A stretch of 64,000 nt of DNA from Phycisphaerales bacterium (GTDB lineage Bacteria > Planctomycetota > Phycisphaerae > UBA1845): contig JACKHH010000018.1 of NCBI GenBank assembly GCA_020639095.1, positions 3,429 through 67,428 of the forward strand. The letters are read 5' to 3'. The translations under genes and the position numbers were made by a program. Within the stretch, counting starts at the first letter, position 1. Every line of letters starts with the position of its first letter. Below the pieces are notes generated by a model that worked only from the letters and a program-made list of their open reading frames with translations, did not search any database and was not told the DNA's origin. Below, piece by piece: positions 44,725 to 51,876 of the stretch.

Positions 44725-45732
44725 ATGACCAGACGCGAACGCATCATCGCAGCGCTCGAGGGACGCAAGCCCGACCGCGTCCCGCGCGCATACACTGCCG
44801 TCCCCGGTTTCGAGATGAACTTTCCTGGCGCGCTCGCCAAGATCGAAGCGCGCTTCCCGCAGGACGTAGCCGATTGCGGCTACCGCATGCCGGAAGGCGC
44901 CACGCACGGCGATCCCTACGGCGTGGGCGAGTACGTCGACGAGTGGGGCTGCGTCTTCACCAACGTGCAAGCCGGGATCATCGGCGAGGTGCGCGAACCG
45001 ATCATTCGCGCCTGGTCCGATCTCGACAAGCTCAAACCGCCCATGCACCTGCTCAGCGGTTTTGATGCCGTTGAACGCACCTGCGCCGCCACCGACGGAT
45101 TCACGCTCAGCGCGCTACCGATCCAACCCTTCGAACGCATGCAGTTTCTTCGCGGTTCGGAGACGCTCTTTCTCGATCTCGCGATGCAACCGGCAGAGCT
45201 GTTCAAGATGCGCGACCTCGTACACGAGTTCAATCTCGCGTGGGCGGAGGCGTGGTGCAAAACGCCGATCGATTGCCTCTTCCTCGCCGACGACTGGGGC
45301 ACGCAGCAGTCGCTGCTGATCTCGCCGAACATGTGGCGCGAACTGTTCAAGCCGATGTACGCTGAATACCTGGATATCGCGAAGAAAGCGGGCAAATACG
45401 TCTACATGCATTCCGACGGGGAGATTTCCGCGATTCTCGACGACCTCATCGAGATCGGCGTAACCGCGATCAACGCGCAGGTGACGTGCATGGACTTCGA
45501 CAAGCTGCGCGAACGCTTCGCCGGACGCATCACCTTCTGGGGGCAGATGGATCGCCAACGCATGCTCTGCTTCGGCAACACCGATGACGCCAAGCGCGAC
45601 GTGCAGCAGTTCTACGACAACCTGCGCGGACCCGGCGGGGGGAACATCGTCGCGCAGATGCACATCGAGCCCACCGCGAAACCGGCGAACATCGAAGCCG
45701 TGCTCGCGGAGTTTGATCGCCTGAGTACGTAG
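44725..45732 (+). CDS. uroporphyrinogen decarboxylase (URO-D/MtaA-like) family protein
   Basis: N-terminus MTRRERIIAALEGRKPDRVP, then DDWGTQQSLLISP and YMHSDGEI. The overall pattern is that of PF01208 members found outside haem operons. Confidence 0.75.
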   Translation: MTRRERIIAALEGRKPDRVPRAYTAVPGFEMNFPGALAKIEARFPQDVADCGYRMPEGATHGDPYGVGEYVDEWGCVFTNVQAGIIGEVREPIIRAWSDLDKLKPPMHLLSGFDAVERTCAATDGFTLSALPIQPFERMQFLRGSETLFLDLAMQPAELFKMRDLVHEFNLAWAEAWCKTPIDCLFLADDWGTQQSLLISPNMWRELFKPMYAEYLDIAKKAGKYVYMHSDGEISAILDDLIEIGVTAINAQVTCMDFDKLRERFAGRITFWGQMDRQRMLCFGNTDDAKRDVQQFYDNLRGPGGGNIVAQMHIEPTAKPANIEAVLAEFDRLST

Positions 45733-45744
45733 CGCCTGAGCACG

Positions 45745-47409
45745 TCATACCTCGCGCATCAGCTCGCGATATGCGCAGAAGTCCGCGTACATGCGCTGGA
45801 ACACGGTGTGCTTCGTATCGTGGTAGGTCGCGACCTCACCGCCCGCGGGCGTGATGCATGCGCCGACATGGTTGAGTGTCGCCATCGCCTGCGGAATCCC
45901 CGAGAAATCACCAGCCGCTACGGCTCCGAGAATGGCCGAGCCCAACAGCACGGCTTCGGGTTCGCGCGGCAGGTGGATGGGGCAGCCGGTAATGTCCGCG
46001 TGTTCCTGAAGAAACAGCGGGTTCTTTGTTCCCCCGCCGCACGCAATGATTGCCGCGATGCGGTGACCGGCAGCGTTCATGGCGTCGATGATGTGACGCG
46101 TGCCGTGGGCGATGGCCTGAATTGTCGCGAGGTAGATGAGGGCGAGTTCGTCGAGCGTATCCGCAAGGCGCAAACCGCTGATCATGCCGCGCAGCGTCGC
46201 GTCCGCGCGCGGCGAACGGTTGCCGTGAAAGTAGGGCAGCACGTGCAGTTCGCGCGTCAGTCGAGCGGTGAAGGGTTCTGCTTTTGCCAATTCCGCGACG
46301 CGTACGTTGAGCAGTTCGTAAACGCTCTTGCCCGAACGGTCAGCCTCCGCGCGCAGGTCGGTTGACCTCGCGTGGCTGAGGATCACGTGGTCGATGAGCG
46401 CGCCGGTCGCGGACTGCCCGCCCTCGGTGAGCCACATGTCGGGCACCATCGCGGAGAAGTAAGGCCCCCACACGCCCGGTACTTCGATCGCGCCGCGCGC
46501 GACCGCCATGTGACACGACGACGTCCCGCCGATCAACGCGAGTCGCCGCGTCAGGTCGGGTGCAGCGCCCTGGTCGCCGGGAAGTCGCGCACCGAGCACG
46601 CCGATACCGCCCGCGTGCGCGTCGATGATGCCCACGCTCACCGGAATGCCCGGACGCAGGCCGAGTTCGTCCGCGGCTTGCGGCAGCAGACCCTTGCCAA
46701 CGGATTCTCCCATCGGGCGCACGCGCGTGCCGATGCGCGTGAACTTCTCCGCGACAAAATCGTCGAGCCCAATGGCGTTGAAGTAGCTTTCGTCCCATTT
46801 GCCGACGGTGTCCGCACTACCGGCCTGTGCGTGGCCCAGGTAGGTCCACTTGCACACGGTGGTACACAGCGAACGCGTGTCGTCCCCAGTCGCGCGATAG
46901 GTAAGGTAGTCGGGCAGGTCGAGGAATCGCGCCGCCCGGCTCCAGGTTTGCGGCAGGTGTTTTTTCAACCAGCAAAGCTTGGGCGTCTGCATTTCGGGCG
47001 AGATGCGCCCGCCGACGTAACGCAGCACGTCGTGACCCAGTGCGTTGATGCGTGCAACCTCAGCCGATGCGCGGTGGTCCATCCACACGATGACATTCTG
47101 CGCATCGCTGCCGGTGGGGCTGATGGTGACGGGGTTGTCGTCGGCATCGATGGCTGCGAGCGAGCAGGTCGCGTCGAACCCGATGCCGCGCACAGCGTCC
47201 GCGGATACGCCGGCCTGCGAGAGTGCAGCCCGGACTGCATCCCTGCATGCACGCCAGATGTCATCTGTCGACTGCTCGACAAAATCGGGCGCGGGCCGCC
47301 AGATCGTGATATCGCACGTCCCGCTGCCGAGCATCCGCCCGGTTGCATCAAACACGCCAGCCCGTGCGCTGCCAGTTCCCACGTCAATTCCGAGGTAGCA
47401 TTTCGACAT
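45745..47409 (-). CDS. FGGY-family pentulose kinase (ribulokinase-like)
   Basis: Motifs [23 protein letters not shown] and [13 protein letters not shown]. The ~554 aa length is typical of the 5-carbon carbohydrate kinase clade. Confidence 0.85.
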   Translation of the reverse strand: MSKCYLGIDVGTGSARAGVFDATGRMLGSGTCDITIWRPAPDFVEQSTDDIWRACRDAVRAALSQAGVSADAVRGIGFDATCSLAAIDADDNPVTISPTGSDAQNVIVWMDHRASAEVARINALGHDVLRYVGGRISPEMQTPKLCWLKKHLPQTWSRAARFLDLPDYLTYRATGDDTRSLCTTVCKWTYLGHAQAGSADTVGKWDESYFNAIGLDDFVAEKFTRIGTRVRPMGESVGKGLLPQAADELGLRPGIPVSVGIIDAHAGGIGVLGARLPGDQGAAPDLTRRLALIGGTSSCHMAVARGAIEVPGVWGPYFSAMVPDMWLTEGGQSATGALIDHVILSHARSTDLRAEADRSGKSVYELLNVRVAELAKAEPFTARLTRELHVLPYFHGNRSPRADATLRGMISGLRLADTLDELALIYLATIQAIAHGTRHIIDAMNAAGHRIAAIIACGGGTKNPLFLQEHADITGCPIHLPREPEAVLLGSAILGAVAAGDFSGIPQAMATLNHVGACITPAGGEVATYHDTKHTVFQRMYADFCAYRELMREV

Positions 47410-47479
47410 GCGTCAATCCGTTCTAGGGTACGTAGCTGTGACCAGAGCGTTTATTGCATGCTGCGCGCCGTCATCGGTT

Positions 47480-47772
47480 TTGAACCACCAAGGCACAAAG
47501 GCACCAAGGACGGAATTGTTGGGTGCCTGACGGACGACGTCTCTTGGGTGGCACTGACAAGCTTTGCTTGTCAGTGGTTGTTCCCTGTAGGCGCTCGCTT
47601 CGCGAGGTGCTGAACGTGAAGCGAACGCCTCGTCTTGCCATTGAGTTCAGAACCGACGCGCTGTTCGTGATTGCCCACGAACAAGCAGAGCTTGTCCGTG
47701 CCACCCGCGACAGCATTCATCATTCCTCATTCAGCATTCAACATTGCAGTTCTTGGTGCCTTGGTGGTTCAA
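47480..47772 (-). repeat. family A composite palindromic element, copy A5 (inverted relative to A1/A3/A4)
   Basis: Arms at 47480-47511 and 47749-47772. Hairpins at 47546-47577 (cactgacaagc type) and 47679-47706 (cacggacaagc type, reversed). The AATG module appears as its reverse complement at 47711-47745. Confidence 0.9.
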
Positions 47773-47777
47773 TCCGT

Positions 47778-49301
47778 TCAGGAGGCGCTGCCCGCGAGCA
47801 ACCGCACGCGGAATCCGAGCATCTGCGAAAGAGCCGCCATCTCGCCGAGGATGTCGCCATACGCCACCGCGACGTGGTTGCTCATGTAGTGCGCCATGAT
47901 CGTGTCCTGGCGCACGCCGAGGTCCGCAGCCATGAACGGCCACTGCCGCGTCGTGCCTTCCCACCAGGCGTCGCGTTTTTCCGGCGGCAGGGCGACAACC
48001 GCGCCCTTGCCGACGTCCATCCACAGTTCGCCGTCCTTGAGATACGCTCGCGCCCAGGTCATCTCACCGGGCAGCGACTCACCGGCAAACGTTCCGCCGG
48101 GTACCGGGAAGTAGGCTGCGGGCTGGCGATACGAATGCACGCCGCGCAGCGTGTTCATGTCGTGGTTGAATGCGAACGCACCGCACGAGCCGCTGTTGAG
48201 CAAAACCCAAACGAAACGCCCGTCGTGCTCTCCGCCCCAGCGCACGTCGTGGAACATGACCGCCTGCGGCAAGCCCTTGGCCAGCAGCAAACGCTTCATC
48301 ATCTCCATCGGCACCAGGTTGCCCTGGTCACCTTCCGTCGCGCAGCTCACCGTGTCGCCGTTCGACTCAGGTCGGCACGCGGAGTTGAGCAAACCTTCGG
48401 CGAAGTCCGACGGCGGGCGCAGCGGCAAGAGGCCAAGCTGATATTGCCACCCGACGCAATCGGCTTTGAATTCCTCGAGCAAATCGAGCACGACGAGGTA
48501 ATCGCGAAGCTGCTCGCGCGTCGCGGATTCGTCGAAGTCGGCTGCCCCGTCCGCGCCGTAGTGAAACTGCACGCCGCGATCCTTCACGAACGCGAGCGCG
48601 TCGTCGATACGCTTGGCCGCGATCTCCTTGCCGCGATGGATGATCCAGGCTTGGTCGACCTTGTGCTCGGTGAAGCCGATCGGGTTAAGCCGGCGCGGGC
48701 CGAAGTATCCGTTGATCATGCCCATCGAGGTGTCGCCGAGCATCAACGCGAGCACGCGACGTTTGCGGATTGCGTCGTAAACCTGCTGCGCGCGATCGCG
48801 GGCTTCGTTGCTGATCGTGACCGCGTAGCCGACTTCGTCCTCGGGATACTGGATTACGCCGCTGCCGCACCATTCGTCGAGCCGTTCCATGAACGCGCTG
48901 TCGCGCGTCCAGTCATCGGCTGACGTCCAGATGCGCGAGAACTTGCGCCCCACGCTCTCCAGGCAGGCCCCGGTATTGAGCAAGCCGACCAGGCCCGGCC
49001 AGGTGCCCGAGAAATTGCTCGCGAGCAGCAGCGGATTGCTTTTTCCCACGACGCCATCGGTCGTGTGCGGGCCGTAGAACCAGTGTACGCACACCCCGAT
49101 CATCGGATCGTCGATCGGTCCGAGGCGTTCGATTGATTCGTGCGGCTTGGTGAGAAAACCGGGTACGCGATAGGGCGATCCGCCGAGTTTCTTGATGGCG
49201 GACTCCAGTTGCGTGGTGGCGCGTTCAACGTTGTCGAGCGCGAGTTCATTGGGGCGTTGCCGGTAATCACCGGGCCAGAAGACGGCAATCTTGCGAGGCA
49301 T
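47778..49301 (-). CDS. L-fucose/L-arabinose isomerase family protein
   Basis: 507 aa. N-terminus MPRKIAVFWPGDYR. C-terminal PFMAADLGVRQDTIMAHYMSNHVAVAYGD resembles the FucI C-terminal domain. GGAGAC precedes ATG 49301. Confidence 0.65.
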   Translation of the reverse strand: MPRKIAVFWPGDYRQRPNELALDNVERATTQLESAIKKLGGSPYRVPGFLTKPHESIERLGPIDDPMIGVCVHWFYGPHTTDGVVGKSNPLLLASNFSGTWPGLVGLLNTGACLESVGRKFSRIWTSADDWTRDSAFMERLDEWCGSGVIQYPEDEVGYAVTISNEARDRAQQVYDAIRKRRVLALMLGDTSMGMINGYFGPRRLNPIGFTEHKVDQAWIIHRGKEIAAKRIDDALAFVKDRGVQFHYGADGAADFDESATREQLRDYLVVLDLLEEFKADCVGWQYQLGLLPLRPPSDFAEGLLNSACRPESNGDTVSCATEGDQGNLVPMEMMKRLLLAKGLPQAVMFHDVRWGGEHDGRFVWVLLNSGSCGAFAFNHDMNTLRGVHSYRQPAAYFPVPGGTFAGESLPGEMTWARAYLKDGELWMDVGKGAVVALPPEKRDAWWEGTTRQWPFMAADLGVRQDTIMAHYMSNHVAVAYGDILGEMAALSQMLGFRVRLLAGSAS

Positions 49302-49392
49302 GGCGGAGTCTCCGCGCGCGGACGGTTAATCGAATGCAATGCACGACTACGCGGGTCATGATACGAACGCGATTCAGCGCGTGCAATTCCAT

Positions 49393-49469
49393 GTGCCACT
49401 GCTCTTGAGCAGTGGTCGTGAAATCCAGCGGGCTTCATCGAATGCACCATTGCTCAAGAGCAGTGGCAC
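49393..49469. repeat. family C paired-hairpin element, copy C2 (77 bp)
   Basis: GTGCCACTGCTCttgaGCAGTGG at 49393-49415 and CCATTGCTCaagaGCAGTGGCAC at 49447-49469. Same length as C1. Confidence 0.9.
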
Positions 49470-49532
49470 ATCGCGCGTTGTCGTCCAGTCGTATTGCGCC
49501 AACAAACTGTGCGATGTCCTGAGAGATAGCTG

Positions 49533-51584
49533 TCAGTCGCGTTGCTCGGCGATGTCGACCATCGTCGTCGTCACCGGTCGAGGTGGCGGCAACTCGCGAT
49601 ACCAGAAGACGTACATGCCCGCGAGCCCGATGGCAAACAGCGCAAACGTCCAACCGAATGCCGACCAGTTGCCCACGATCGCCAGCATCGGCAGCAGAAA
49701 CAGCGTGATCTGCCAGAGCAGCGTGAACGGCAGCGCGATGATGTCGTTGCGATTCTCGCGGTTGATCGCGCGCTGCTCTTCCGGTGGAAGTTTGCGGCGC
49801 AGCGGTCCCCAAAGACCGAAAGGCCGAGTCGTGCGGTAGAAGTTCTCAAGCACCTTTGGATGCGTGGGCCGGGATGCGAATGTGCCAAGCACCGCGCCCG
49901 CGAGGCCAATCAGCGTGATGTAAACGAAACCGCTCAGCTCTGTCGGGAACCACGCTGGGAAAAACCCATTGACAATCACGCCCACCTGCGGAAAGACACG
50001 ATCGACGACCGCTCCGACCAGCCCGAACACCGTGCCGACCACCACGCCTCCGGCATTGAAACGCCACCAGTAGAACTTGAGCATCCCAGGTACGAGCATG
50101 CCCGCGCCCAGGCCCATCATCAGCCACGCCCAGATGTTGTTGATGCTCGTTGCGCTGTAGCCCATGACGAACCCGAGAATCACGATCACCACGATGTACA
50201 CGTAGTTCATGCTCACGAGTTCGCGGTTCGACGCTGCCGGTCGCCAATAGCGCTGATAGATGTCGCGCACGAAATACGCGGCGCTCATGTTCACGTTGGT
50301 GTCGAACGTCGACATCGACGCAGCCAGCAGCGCGATGATCAGCAGACCCCGCAGGCCCATGGGGATGTGGTGTACGATCACCGCGGGCATAATCCGCTCC
50401 GGGTTCACCGTTCCTTCGTAACTCACCAGTTTGAGTTTGGTCTGCCACTCCTCGCCGAGCAGGTCGTCCGCGGAAAGCGTGGCTGATAGCTGCGGGAAAC
50501 GCTCCGGCTGTCGCATCACCCGTGCCAGGGCGTCGTCCCATTTGGATTTCTCAAGATCCGGGCCGAACACCTCGGTGAATTCGGGCGACGCGTGTACCAC
50601 CTGGGCTGCCCGCTCAATCACCGCCGGATCGGGGAACATGTCGCGCACCATGAACAACCCGAGCACGGCGAAGCTCATCATCATCGGCCAGCGGAACATC
50701 ATCAGCCAGGTCCAGATGAAGGTGAGTTTGCCGCACTCGCGTTCGTTGCGTGCGCCGTAATACTTGGAGTCCTGCCCGAGCCCCATGCCCAGCAGCACAT
50801 TCTTCATGAGGTAGAAAAACGCGAACATCAACAGCAGGTTGTAGCTTTCGTATCCGCGTGGCATCTGCACGTGGGCTGCGGGCGCTGCCGACGTCCAGTG
50901 CTGCGTGCCGGTCACCTGCTCCGCGAGCGCTTCGAGGTTGCCGTCGAAGCCCGCCAGCTTCGAAACCGCGAGCACGATGATCACGATCACCATGCCGAAG
51001 ATGATGAACGCCTGGAAAAGGTCGGTATACACCACGCCATAGAAACCCGCAGCCATGGTGTAGAGCGTCGCAACGCTGATCATGATGATCGCGCAGTAGA
51101 GCGGTTCGAGGGGAACGAACATCGACAGAAACAACCCCACGCCCTTCGTCATGTACGCGAGCCCGCCCACCATGCCGACCATCACCGCGATCGCTGTCAC
51201 GATCCGCGCGAACTGTCCGCCGATCCCGTCGCCGAAGCGATAGACCATCCACTCCGCACCGGTCATGCAGTTTGAACGTCGGTTCCACTTGCCCACCCAG
51301 AGCAGCATGACTGCGAGCACGAGCACCGCGCCGCCGCGGAATTCGATGTACAACCCGCGCGGACCCAGCATGAAGAGAAATGAAACGATGAGCATCGTCC
51401 CCGCAACGTCGAGCATCGACGACATGCCCGACGCGCCCAGCGCCCACCAGGGCAGCTTCTTGCCGCCGAGGAAGTAATCCTCAAGGCTTGCGGAGGCTTT
51501 GCGCTGTAGGATAAATCCCAAGGCCAGCAGGCAGACGAAGTAGATGACGATGACGAGGTAGTCGAATGCGTTGAGGAATTGCAC
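49533..51584 (-). CDS. sodium:solute symporter (SSS) family transporter
   Basis: GTG 51584 preceded by GAGGA. N-terminus MQFLNAFDYLVIVIYFVCLLALGF...YFLGGKKLPWW with about 14 or more hydrophobic segments. At 683 aa it is longer than typical SSS members. Confidence 0.85.
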   Translation of the reverse strand: MQFLNAFDYLVIVIYFVCLLALGFILQRKASASLEDYFLGGKKLPWWALGASGMSSMLDVAGTMLIVSFLFMLGPRGLYIEFRGGAVLVLAVMLLWVGKWNRRSNCMTGAEWMVYRFGDGIGGQFARIVTAIAVMVGMVGGLAYMTKGVGLFLSMFVPLEPLYCAIIMISVATLYTMAAGFYGVVYTDLFQAFIIFGMVIVIIVLAVSKLAGFDGNLEALAEQVTGTQHWTSAAPAAHVQMPRGYESYNLLLMFAFFYLMKNVLLGMGLGQDSKYYGARNERECGKLTFIWTWLMMFRWPMMMSFAVLGLFMVRDMFPDPAVIERAAQVVHASPEFTEVFGPDLEKSKWDDALARVMRQPERFPQLSATLSADDLLGEEWQTKLKLVSYEGTVNPERIMPAVIVHHIPMGLRGLLIIALLAASMSTFDTNVNMSAAYFVRDIYQRYWRPAASNRELVSMNYVYIVVIVILGFVMGYSATSINNIWAWLMMGLGAGMLVPGMLKFYWWRFNAGGVVVGTVFGLVGAVVDRVFPQVGVIVNGFFPAWFPTELSGFVYITLIGLAGAVLGTFASRPTHPKVLENFYRTTRPFGLWGPLRRKLPPEEQRAINRENRNDIIALPFTLLWQITLFLLPMLAIVGNWSAFGWTFALFAIGLAGMYVFWYRELPPPRPVTTTMVDIAEQRD

Positions 51585-51694
51585 GGTCAGATCCTCGCTC
51601 GGGCGATGCAGCGAAGGCTGCGAACCAATAGCGTAGATACTGTGCTAGCCGTTTGTTCGCAACACGCCCGCGACAGTTCATGATGGGTCAGTTT

Positions 51695-51726
51695 GGGTGG
51701 CACGGTCTTGCGCAGCAAGGCCGTGG
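51695..51726 (+). repeat. GGGTGGCAC-headed hairpin variant, copy 1
   Basis: GGGTGGCACGGTCTTGCGCAGCAAGGCCGTGG. It shares the GGGTGGCACGG head with the family A hairpins. Confidence 0.8.
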
Positions 51727-51876
51727 TCTGTTCCCGGCTGCTCCATGGCCTGACTTCGGCAGACCATCCCACCCCGGCGCATCAATGTGAACCACAAGAC
51801 AGTTTTGATTGAAAGCTATCGTTCACTCGTTCTGCTTTGGCGGTGGACTTGTCGCGTTGTCGGGCGGTGCGTCGAT

